Assembly: GCA_918797485.1 (NCBI GenBank)
Contig: CAKKNE010000004.1
Coordinates: forward strand, 4,216,001 to 4,280,000
Direction of reading: 5' to 3'
Source: Pelagomonas calceolata
Taxonomy: Eukaryota
Length of the DNA stretch: 64,000 nucleotides
In this document: in pieces, positions 29,458 to 39,500 of the stretch
How the letters are laid out: each line of letters opens with the position of its first letter
Position numbering within the stretch: the first letter of the stretch is position 1
Notes under the pieces: generated by a model
Seen by the model: only the letters and a program-made list of their open reading frames with translations
What the model was told of the DNA's origin: nothing
Database searches by the model: none
Made by a program: the position numbers and the translations under genes

Positions 29458-31785
29458 ATGGCCGACCAGAGCGACGGCGAGGAAATAGTCGAGGACACGA
29501 CCGGCTTGATCGTCGAGACGCGCGAGGGCCGCTTCGAAGTGGGACCGCTACTACGACGAGGCGCGACGGGCGTCGTCCATCGGGGCCGGTGGAAGGAGTC
29601 TCCCACGAGGCCCTGGGTCGACGCCGTTTTGAAACTAGAATCCACCTCCGCACAAAAAAGGCAGATGGCGCGCGAGGTCGACGTCTACCGTTTGTTAGAT
29701 GCGGCCCCCGTCCCTCCACCTAGAGGCGCGTCCTTCGCAAGGCACGTGGGCAACCTCACGGAAACGATAGATATCGGCACGGGCCCCTGCCGCCTGCTGT
29801 GCATGCAGGCTTTGGGTCCCAATCTTGATGAAGTGGTCAAGGAACGGGGCCCCCTGTCGAAGCAAGCGACGCTAGCGGTCTGTCGAAGATTGATTGATGC
29901 TTTGCAGTTTCTCCACGAGCATTCCAAACATGCCCACCGGGACATAAAACCCCAAAATATATGTGTGGCACGAAAAGCCAACGACCCTACTCTATATCTC
30001 ATTGATTTTGGTTTAGCGTCGCCGCTCTTCAACGTCAATGATGAGCACCAGCCGCTGGAGGAGGTGGCGCCGAAAGCCGCGGCGAACGCGCGGCGGCGCG
30101 TCGTCGGTTCCGTACGGTATTTGTCGGTGCACGCTCATCAAGCCGTCGAGCGATACGGCCGCGCGAGACGGGCCGCGACGTCGCGACGCTGCGACCTGGA
30201 GGCCGTGGCGTATGTGGCCATGTACCTGCACGAGGGGAGGTTGCCCTGGTCCGACCTCCCGGCCAAGACCGGCCCGGAACCGGACGTAGCTATACATCGA
30301 GCGAAGGTCCGGGTGCCGCCCTTACAACTCGTGGGACCGGCCTTGTCGACGACGGTCGGCGCTTTTTTGGAAGCGACGCGCGCTCTGCAACACGCGGAGC
30401 GGCCCGACTATGCTGCATTGAAAAGGCTACTGACCGACGGGAGCGAGCCGCCCGACGTCGGGAGCGCCTGGGCGCCTCGGCCTTCGCTACGAGAAGTGGA
30501 GGAACTGGAAAACCGCGTCTCGGTGCAGTTGCGGGACGCTTTGGCCCAAAAGGTCGTACCTTCGCCCTCGAATCAAAGGACGGTCTCGCCGCCGGTGGCG
30601 ATCAAGAGCCCTCCATTGACGCCGCTGTTAGCCTCGACGCCGGTTCACAATGTTGGACCGCGGCCGTCCCTACCTTCCTTTGAAGTGAAGTCGCCCTTAC
30701 CAGCAGCCTTACGCGACGCCGACGGCCTGCCTCCACCCACTCCGATTTTAGATACACCTAGACGATCTACTGCGGAGTCCCCCCACTCCTACGACAGTAC
30801 CAAAAAACCGCCAAGGTCGGCCCTCAAGCGCAAGACCTCTGAGAGTACTTCGGCGCAGAAACGAGCTAGATTTTCGGATGACGTGGAGACCTGGGAGCTC
30901 GAGGATTTAGGGTATGCGTCTCCCCACACATCGCGGCCGGCGATCACGGCCGGGTTGAGCAGTGCGGACGTCGACAGTGTCCTCAGTCGCTGGAGAGGTC
31001 GCCTGCTGCCGTCGCCGCCCGCGTCCGCGCCGCCCGGCTCCCCGAAGAGCCCTCCAACCCAGACGACGACGGCGACGTTATCTAGACTGGTACCTCACTT
31101 GTCCAATGAAAAGAAGCTCGCGAAGGCGGCTAGGGTCCTGACGGAAGTGCTCAAGCAGGCTCCTCTAGCAGTCACGGGCCGGACGGCCGCGGACCGCGCG
31201 CGGTGCCAAGCTTTAAGATCGGCCGAGAGCGGGGCTTTGCGAGACGCGATCGCGTTGTCGTTGAACGGCGGCCGCGCCGCCATTATCCACGCCAAGCCCT
31301 TGCGACCGACCTACGCTTCACTATTCGAGGCCGCCCTCGACCGGTGCGTGCCGGGCCAGTTACCGGACAACATCCAGGCCGAGGTCGCGCTCTGGGCGCT
31401 CGTCTGTCCCTACAATTCAGCATTAGGCGATAGTGAGAAGACGACGTTGCACGAGGACCTCACGATTTCCGATTTGACGGGCTCCCTACATATATTGAGG
31501 AGATGCCTCTTCCTGCTGGAAACAAAGCGCCCGAAGCGGGACGACGCGCAACGGAGGGTGGACGCGCCCGAGGCGCTGGAGCCGCCCGCCTCGATCTTCG
31601 CGACGCGCGGGCTCGAGGTCCTACTCGCGCTGGCGGGCACGGTCCGTGCTCCCGATGCGCCGCGCGAGTCGATCGTCGCTTTACTACAAACGGCGAAGAC
31701 GGCGCTCGCGCATTATCTAAGTCCTGCGCAGCGGCGCAAGCTCGAGACGACGGCGTCGACGATTCGCGCGACGCGGGCTTCATAA
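29458..31785 (+). CDS. Casein kinase 1-group Ser/Thr kinase with long C-terminal extension
   Basis: LGPNL, HRDIKPQN, LIDFGLA, GSVRYLS, SRRCDLE and LPW motifs. Confidence 0.9.
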   Translation: MADQSDGEEIVEDTTGLIVETREGRFEVGPLLRRGATGVVHRGRWKESPTRPWVDAVLKLESTSAQKRQMAREVDVYRLLDAAPVPPPRGASFARHVGNLTETIDIGTGPCRLLCMQALGPNLDEVVKERGPLSKQATLAVCRRLIDALQFLHEHSKHAHRDIKPQNICVARKANDPTLYLIDFGLASPLFNVNDEHQPLEEVAPKAAANARRRVVGSVRYLSVHAHQAVERYGRARRAATSRRCDLEAVAYVAMYLHEGRLPWSDLPAKTGPEPDVAIHRAKVRVPPLQLVGPALSTTVGAFLEATRALQHAERPDYAALKRLLTDGSEPPDVGSAWAPRPSLREVEELENRVSVQLRDALAQKVVPSPSNQRTVSPPVAIKSPPLTPLLASTPVHNVGPRPSLPSFEVKSPLPAALRDADGLPPPTPILDTPRRSTAESPHSYDSTKKPPRSALKRKTSESTSAQKRARFSDDVETWELEDLGYASPHTSRPAITAGLSSADVDSVLSRWRGRLLPSPPASAPPGSPKSPPTQTTTATLSRLVPHLSNEKKLAKAARVLTEVLKQAPLAVTGRTAADRARCQALRSAESGALRDAIALSLNGGRAAIIHAKPLRPTYASLFEAALDRCVPGQLPDNIQAEVALWALVCPYNSALGDSEKTTLHEDLTISDLTGSLHILRRCLFLLETKRPKRDDAQRRVDAPEALEPPASIFATRGLEVLLALAGTVRAPDAPRESIVALLQTAKTALAHYLSPAQRRKLETTASTIRATRAS

Positions 31786-31797
31786 GTTTTCATATAC

Positions 31798-31967
31798 TTA
31801 CGCACTCCTCGACGGCGTCTCGCGGGCGCGTAGCCCTGCTCGCGACTTTCGCAGGGCCCGCTCAATTTCCACTGTGGTAGGGTTCGCGCCACCCAGCACG
31901 CGCCGCGCGGCCCGCGCTGTCTCCTCGAGTGTCGTCACGGCCTGGCCTTCTTGTCGGCGGCGCTCAT
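31798..31967 (-). pseudogene. Internally deleted relic of a multicopy helical-repeat protein family
   Basis: MSAADKKAR start is joined out of frame to AVTTLEETARAARRVLGGANPTTVEIERALRKSRAGLRARETPSRSA*; homologous to 43213-43419. Confidence 0.7.
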
Positions 31968-32260
31968 CGATGCGTCGCCGGCGACTGCGGCGCGTCGCGC
32001 GTCGCTCGTCGCTCCGGGCGGTTCGTCACCGCTTTTCCGGCGGCTCGTCGGCGGCGCGCGGGCCCGCCGCGGCCGCGCGCGCAGGGATCGCGGTTAGCAG
32101 TTTACCGGCTCGCGGCGGTTTTGCGCGCGAGAGTTTGCTCGATTCTGAGAGCCGCGCGGCACGCGTGTGAAGAGCCGTGACCTCGAGCCGCCAAACTCGT
32201 CTCTGGCGCGCGGTACGCGCCGCGCAGGAATGCCGCAAAAAGAGTTGTAGCTTGTTGTTG

Positions 32261-32282
32261 CTAGTGTCTTACTGGCCGCTAG
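32261..32282 (+). promoter_or_regulatory. CTAG element (CTAGTGTCTTACTGGCCGCTAG)
   Basis: Identical to the 53060 copy; upstream of the deleted gene. Confidence 0.7.
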
Positions 32283-32476
32283 CCATTGAGGGGGGCAGGG
32301 TGAAACAACACCCTATCGCCAATCCCAATAGACACAGTGGCGAAGCGTTCGGGGTCCGTACTACCTGGGGGTGGGTTCAATAAGTGGCTCTCTCTCTCTC
32401 TCTCTTGAGACATCGGAACAACGTCGCGTTCTATGCCCACGTACTACGAGGTTGCAAAAACAATTAGGCCACAGAG

Positions 32477-33136
32477 CTATTCCACCCGGACCTGCACAAT
32501 ACGCGCGCCGCCGCCGTTCAAGTTTTGGCCGACGCGTAGGCGGTCGTCGAGGTATACCCCGTCGAAGAGGCCCTCGCCGCTTATGGGCAGGGGCGCGCAC
32601 GCGCTGCCGGCGCAGAGGGCCCCGTCGTCGATCAGCGCACGAAACCGCTTCGGCGAGCGGGTCACCGACGAGTCTAGCTCTTCGAGGCCTCCCTTCACCT
32701 CCACTCGCACCGCTGGACCCAGGACCTCGCCGACGTTCGTGACCCTGCCCGAGGAAAATATTTGATACTGCTCGTTGAAGCCAAACTCTGGGAACGGTAT
32801 CCTGCGGTCGACGCCCTCACCCTTCGGACCCGGCTGCAGGTAGGCGAGCCGCCACTTGCCGACGAGGCCCGCGCGAGGCCACGGCGCATTCTGTGCTACG
32901 ACTTCTGAGACGAGCGCATCGATGCGGGCGCGCTCCGAGTCCTGCCACTGCGAGGGCCGCCGCGTGCGCACCAACTCGTACAACTCGTCCGCCGCGCCCG
33001 TCGCTCGACTCCGCGACGGCACCGCGACCAGCCCTACGGCACCAGAAAAACACCCGGCCAGCGCCCGCCGGCGACCAACATTGCATTTGAGCGCGGCGAC
33101 AGCGTGTAGGAGGAGAAAAAAATCAACGACGCGCAT
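32477..33136 (-). CDS. Plastid lipid-associated protein/fibrillin family
   Basis: Signal peptide plus RR presequence; IDALVSEV, LVGKWRLAY and YLDDRLRVG motifs. Confidence 0.7.
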   Translation of the reverse strand: MRVVDFFLLLHAVAALKCNVGRRRALAGCFSGAVGLVAVPSRSRATGAADELYELVRTRRPSQWQDSERARIDALVSEVVAQNAPWPRAGLVGKWRLAYLQPGPKGEGVDRRIPFPEFGFNEQYQIFSSGRVTNVGEVLGPAVRVEVKGGLEELDSSVTRSPKRFRALIDDGALCAGSACAPLPISGEGLFDGVYLDDRLRVGQNLNGGGARIVQVRVE

Positions 33137-33526
33137 AGCGGCCCTCAGATTGGGTGCTGCTTTGCAGGCGCTCTTGCTGCCTGCTGCCGGACCGATCGCG
33201 TCAAAACCGACGTCGTGACGCGAAGTTATGGTACAATCACCGCCAACAAAGCTTGGTTGAGTCTGGCAGGCCGTTTAGGGCGAGCACTGCTCCTGTATCA
33301 AGGCGCTCCGCCTGCCCCCAGAGCGGAGAGCACTGAAGCCAATTTGGTCGCGGGAGACGCCGCGGCGGCCCAAAGCGGCCCCGAATCACTTCAGTTTCCC
33401 CGATTCCAGGAAAACAACAAGCAACGAACGGCAGCGGCCGCCGGCGCGTTGCAGAAAGCACCAACACCAGCCAGGCTCTCGGGCGCCAGCGCGGCGCCCC
33501 GAGCCGGCAAACCGGTAAGCGGACCG

Positions 33527-36500
33527 ATGGCGGACGACCCCACAGCCGCAGTGACCAACTCTACAACACATGAAACCGCGCCGACCACCAGCAGCGCGGA
33601 CGCCGCCGCCGCACGCGAGCAAGCGATCCGGGAGCTGACGCTCGCCGAGTTCAAAAAAGTGAAAGATGGCTTCACCAAGGACCAGTGGCAGAACATGCCG
33701 CGCGAGAAGCGGTCGAAGATCATGGGAGCGGCGCACGAAGTTGCAAAGACCGAGATCGCGGCGCGCGAGGAGGCCGCGGCCGCGGCCGCGCCGCCGCCGC
33801 CGCGGACTTCGCGCTTCGACGTGCCGCCCGACGCGGCCGCGCCGGACGCGGACGCGCTCCCCCAGCACCCGCACACGCGAGAACAGTCCGACGACAGCCA
33901 CCGGTCGTCGCCGAGCCCGCCGGCGGACGCGCCGTCGCCGCGACGAAGATCACCGAGCCCGCCGGCGGACAAAAAACCGGAGAAGCGCCGGCGCAAACCA
34001 TCGCCACGGCCCCAAGAGCCGCCGCGCAGCTTTGGGGTGATGGACACCGTCGAGGGGAACTGGAACGACCAGGGGCGGTGGTACACGGCCGTCGTCGAGG
34101 GCGTCTTCGCCGACGGGACCATCAACCTGAAATACGTCGACGGCGACAAGGAGACGCGCGTGCCGCCGTCGCGCGTGCGGCCTTTGCCAAAACGCGGCTC
34201 CTCCAACAAAGGTGGAGGGCGCCGCGCAGCACCAAAAAAGGCGCCGGCGAAGAAGGCCGCGCGCAAGGCGAAGCCGCCGCCCTTCACGTGTCCTCAATAC
34301 ACGCCGCGCGACCACTACGATGAATTGGACGACTCGGCTTCTGATGTATCCGTGCCGCGGCGCTGGTTGCGAGCCCTGCAGCCGACGCCGACGTCGCCGC
34401 CGCCTTCCGATAGAGACGCCCTCTTTGATAATGCCGACTCGTCTTCCTCAAGCGACGGCGGCCCCGTCGCGCTCGCGGCGTCGACGGCGCCCTGCCGCGG
34501 CGCCTACGACCGCCGCCGCGCCGTCTTCGGCGCGGCGCTGCGGCCGCCGCCCGCGGGCTACGACGCCGGCCGCGTCGCGCTCACGCTCGCGGGCCGCCGC
34601 CGGCCCGCGCTCTCGGCGTTCTTCCGCGCGGCCGCGGCGAGCGACGGCGACAGCGACAGCGACAGCGAGGCCGCGGCGCCGCGGCGCCGGCCGCGGCCGG
34701 CGCGGCCGCGCGCGCCGGCCGAGGTGCGGACCTGGGTCACGGACGCGGGCGGCCGCCGCCACTCGAGCCGCCTCGCGTCGCCGAAGGCTGCCGCCAAGAA
34801 GAAGGCGCCGTCGCCGCGCAGGGCGCCGGCGCGGCGCCGGGCGCCCCAGGTCCCGTGCACGCAAGGCTGCGGCCGGTCCTTCGCCACGCCCCAGGACATG
34901 CGCCAGCACGCGCGCAACGACTGCCCGGCGCGGCCCGCGGCGGCGCTCTCCGAGGAGGACGAGCCCGAGGACGACGATGCCGCCCTGTCCGCGCTCACGG
35001 AAAGCGAGCTCCGCCGAGTCATGGCGCGGCGCGGCGTGGGCGCCGCGGCGCCGGCTCCGCCAGCGGTTGAAGCCAGCGGCGTGGGTGCCGCGCCGGCCGA
35101 CGGCGCCAACGAGACCGAGGACGCCATGGACACGGACGCGCCGCCCTGGCCGGCCGCCGGCCGCAAGCTCCTGGACGAGATCAAGGCCGAGAATGAGCGA
35201 TCCGACGTCCGCGCCTCTCTTGAGACGCTGCGGCCCAAGCTGACGAGCTACGGATTTAGCAACTCCAATGACTCTTGGAAGTCGGGCTTCTGCAGCCTCT
35301 CCGTACCCGCTGGTTTCCCTTCGAACCAAAATACCAGGCGTGTTGAACACGGAACCAAGATACGCTCGATCCCGGATCTCGTCCGCTACCTCGAGCACGC
35401 GCTCGGCGAAGCCAGCGACGCCGAGGACGACGCCGAGGCCCACCCCGCACCGCCGCCGCCGCCCGGGAGCCGCGTCGCCGTGCGCTTCGACGACGGCGAG
35501 GACTACGAGGGCACCATCGGGGACGCGCTGGACGAGCGCAGCGCCGCGTGCCAGTTCGACGACGGCACGAGCGACGTCATCCGCTTCCCGGACCCCGACG
35601 TCCGCGTCACGCGCGTCGGGCCCGGCGCGGCGCCGGCGCCGCCGCTCGTCATGGTCCTGTCGGCGGCGCGGCCGCCGCGCGCGCCGCGGAGCCGCGGCGC
35701 GCGCAAGCGGCCGCGGCCCGTGCTGAGCGTGTCGACGGCCCCCGACGCGCGGCACCCCTGCGCCTTCGGCTGCGGCCTGACCTTCGCGACCGGGCACGCC
35801 GCCGAGGCGCACGCGGCGCGCTACTGCGCGCGGCGGCCGCCCGAGGTCATCGCGGCCGTCACGGCCGCGGCGCCGCGCGGCGACGACGCCGTCCTGGCCG
35901 CCGCGCGGGCCGCGCGGCGCGCGCTCGGCGAGGACGCGCCCGACCCGCCCGACGCTGTCGAGGAGGCGAAGCCGGCGTCGCCGCGCCCGGCCCGCTGGAC
36001 GGCCGAGGAGGAGGCGGACCTGCGGCGCCTCGTCGCGGAGGCCGGCGCCGACCGCGACTGGGCGGCGATCGCGGACCGGCTGGGCACGGGCCGCTCGGCG
36101 GCGGCCGTCGAGGCGCGGTTCGGTCCGGACAAGAGCGCGTCCCCGCGTTCCGGGCCAAAGGCCTGCGAGGTCCGCCGCGTCGGCGACAAGAAGTGGCGGC
36201 GCTTCGCCTCTCGGAGTGATGCCGCCGCGGCGTTCCCAGAATTGTCCAAACCTGATATCACGCACCTCATTAACAACACCGGCCGCGGCCGCACTGCTAA
36301 CAAGCAGTATGAGGCGCGGGACGCCGTCGACGAGGCGGAGGCCAGCGACGACGAGGCCGGTGCGTCCGACGACGCGGCGCCGGCGCCGGGCCCGTCGCTC
36401 GGCCCGCGCGACGAGCGCGGCCGCTACCCGTGCCCGGCCGGCTGCCCGCGAACTTTCGCGCACGCGCCGGCGGCCGTGCAGCACGGCAAGTCGTGCGCGG

Positions 36501-39500
36501 CAAGGTCGGCGCCCGGCTTCGTCCGGACCGCTGACGGCCGCGCGGCCAAGATCGTCGAGAAGTTATCAGCCGGCAGGTTCCTCGTCGACGTCTTCGACGA
36601 GCAGGGCAATTTCTATGAGCGCATCAAAAGGAAGAGGTCCTTCTTCGAGCCAGGCCAGGATCATCTGCTGGACTTGGCACCGCCGCGTGGCGCCGCCGCG
36701 GCTGCCGCGCCGGCCGACGGCGACGACGAGGCCGAGGACGCCACGCCCGCCGAGGAGGCCGAGCCGGCGGACGGCGCGGACGAGGCCGAGGACGCCATGG
36801 ACACGGGCGACGCGGTCGAGGCCGCGCCGGCGGCGCCGGCGCCCGCGCCGGCCGACGGCGGCAGCACCGCAGCCGCGTCGTCGCTCCCGTACGGCGGCGA
36901 CGTCCAGGCCGCGATGGCGGCGAGGGATCGAGGCGCCGTCCGCGCCCTCCTGAAGCACCAAGAGGAGTCGCGGCCCAAGCCGCGAGGAGAAGACGCGGCG
37001 GCGGCCGCCGCGGCCGACGACGCCGCGCCCGAGCCCGCCGCGCCGCCGGAGGCCGACGAGCCGCCCGCGGTCGACGCGCCGGCGGCCCCGGACGAGGCCG
37101 AGGCGGCCTGGGTGGCCGACGCGCGCCGGCTCCTGGGCGAGGCCCAGGACCGGTCGGACCGGAACCAAAAAGGGGTGCTCGAGGCCATGCGGCCCGCGCT
37201 GACGCGTTGCGGCTTCCGCGGCGACCCGCCCTGGGTCTCGGGTCAGGCGTACATCTCCCCGCCCGCGACCTTCCCGGACTACTACGAGGTCTGGGGCCGG
37301 GACAACGCAGGGCAGGGGGCCAAGGGCCAACGCAAAATCACGTCGGTCCCGGCGCTCGTCGGCTACCTCGAGCGCGCGCTCGCGCTCGCCGAGGCCGGCT
37401 CGGAGCAGCCCCGCCCTTCGCGTGAACGGCCGCGGACCGGCGTGACGGAGTCGCCGTGGACGGCCGACGAGGACGCCGCGCTGCGCCGGGCCGTCGCGGC
37501 GGCGCGCGTGAGCGGCCGCGTCAACTGGACGAGCGTCCTCGGCCAGCTGCTGGGCGAGACGCGGCGCACCGAGGCGGCGCTGCGGGCCCGGTGGGACCAG
37601 CTGGGCGATCAGCCCGCCCCGCAGCCCGCCAGGTCGACGTCGCCCCGCAGCCGCGCCGTCGCCTGGGCCGCCGTGCACCCGCTCCTGGGCGGCGACGACG
37701 GCCTGCCGCTGCCGGCGCCGACGCGGCGGCCGCCGCCCCTGTCATCGGCGCTGCCGACGACGGCGCTCACGGACGAGACGGGCGAGTGCACCATTTGCTA
37801 CGACGACGGCGTGAAGGTGGCGACGCTCAAGTGCTGCGGCAACAAGGCCTGCGCGTCGTGCCTCGGGCGGCTCAAGGACCACGACTGGAAGTGCTACTGG
37901 TGCCGCCAGCACGTGCCGGAGCGCTCGCTGCGCGCGGCGCTGAACGGCGTCGAGGTCTGGCCGCCGCCGCGGCCCAAGTCCGCCGTGCGGAAGACGGACG
38001 AGCAGCGGCGCGTCGAGCCGCCGCGCGAGCGCGACGCGCCGCCGCGGCCCCGGCGGGCGCCGCCGTCGATTGTGGGAGAGGGCGCGGCGACGCGCGGCCC
38101 CGGCGACGTCGTCCTCTCGCGGGCAGGCCCGGACTACATTTGTCGGCTCGGCGAGACGCCGGGCCACGTCGGCAACCTGCTCCACGTCGCCCCGGACTAC
38201 ATCCTCGACCTGACGAAGCGACGGCACGGCCGCGACCTCCAGGAGGTCTCGGGGCTCCAGTGCGGCGCGCGGCTCGCGCTGCCGGCGCCGCGCGAGCCGT
38301 GGCGCGTGCCTCCGTTACTACCGCCGAAGGCCGCGACGCAGATGCTCGCCGGCGAGTTGTACCACCGCGAGGCCGACGACGACGGCCACGACGGGCGCTG
38401 CTACTACAAGTGCCACGACAACGACACGCCCCAGCAGATCTGTCGGCTTTTCGGGGTGGACCACCTGGCCTACGACACGTTGCGGTTGGACAACTTTGCG
38501 GGAAGCAAGCCGCTCCGCAGTGACCGCTTGAAAGATGAGACGATGGTGGTGCTGCCGGTGCAGTGCCTACAATCGGACGCGGCAATCCAGGCCCAGCGGC
38601 GCGCGAAGCCCTGCGCGGCGTGCCGGTTAGAAGGAGACACGGGCGCGATATTTTGTCGGAAGCAAGATAGGCACGCGGCGCCGAACTACGACGAGCCCCG
38701 ACCCCAAATGGACACGCGCGTGCGCGTGCGCTACCAGGTCGACGACGGGCGCGATGCGGAGGACTCGCAGGCCTTCGCCTGGTTCTTTGGGTCCGTCGTT
38801 GGTTTGGAGGAGAAGGAAAATGGAGAGCTGGCGCTGAAAGTGAATTACGACGGCGAGGAAGGTCACATCGACGAAACGTGGCCCTCCGAGGACCTCGTGA
38901 TCCTGCCGACGGACGGCTCGCTGCCGCTGAAGTCGCCGGACGAGGCCGCTTCGAAAGAAAAATACATGAACGCGCGCGTGCGGCCGCGCGGCTACCGCCT
39001 CTGGTGCCGCGTCGTCAACGTCGAGATCAGCATGGTCGAGGCCTGGGACGGCGTCATCCTTACCTTACGACGCGAGGATATGAGGGACGAGAGCGAGGAC
39101 GACCAGTTCCAGCTCTCCCACTTATCTGAGGCGAGCTGCTGGGCGCGGCCCGAGCTCTGCCCGGCGCCGCGGGGGGCCGCCATCGTGGCCGCGCCGCCGC
39201 CCGCGCCGCGCGCGCGCGTCGGCTCGCCTTACGCGCCGGCCGCGGAGCCGGACGACCAGGCGGCCGCCTTGGACGCGCTGCGGACGCGGTTGGGCGGCCG
39301 CGGGCGCGCCGGGCGGGACGTCCTCGCCGGCTGGACCGGTTCCAGGAAAAAACTTACTAGAGTGGGCGGACACAGCAACGGCTACGCGTACACCTTCACG
39401 GACCCGGACGGCGAGCAGTACCACAGCCTGACGGAGGCCGCGCGCGCCGCGGAGCGGCGCCTGCCCGGGGACGCCGCGGGCGAGGAGGAGGAGCAGCCGC

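Noticed and set aside
32387..32405. (CT)n microsatellite
   Set aside because: Short ordinary simple repeat in a 3' region.
33215..33526. Upstream non-ATG extension of the 2760-aa ORF
   Set aside because: Begins at GTG in the divergent promoter region; first ATG is 33527.
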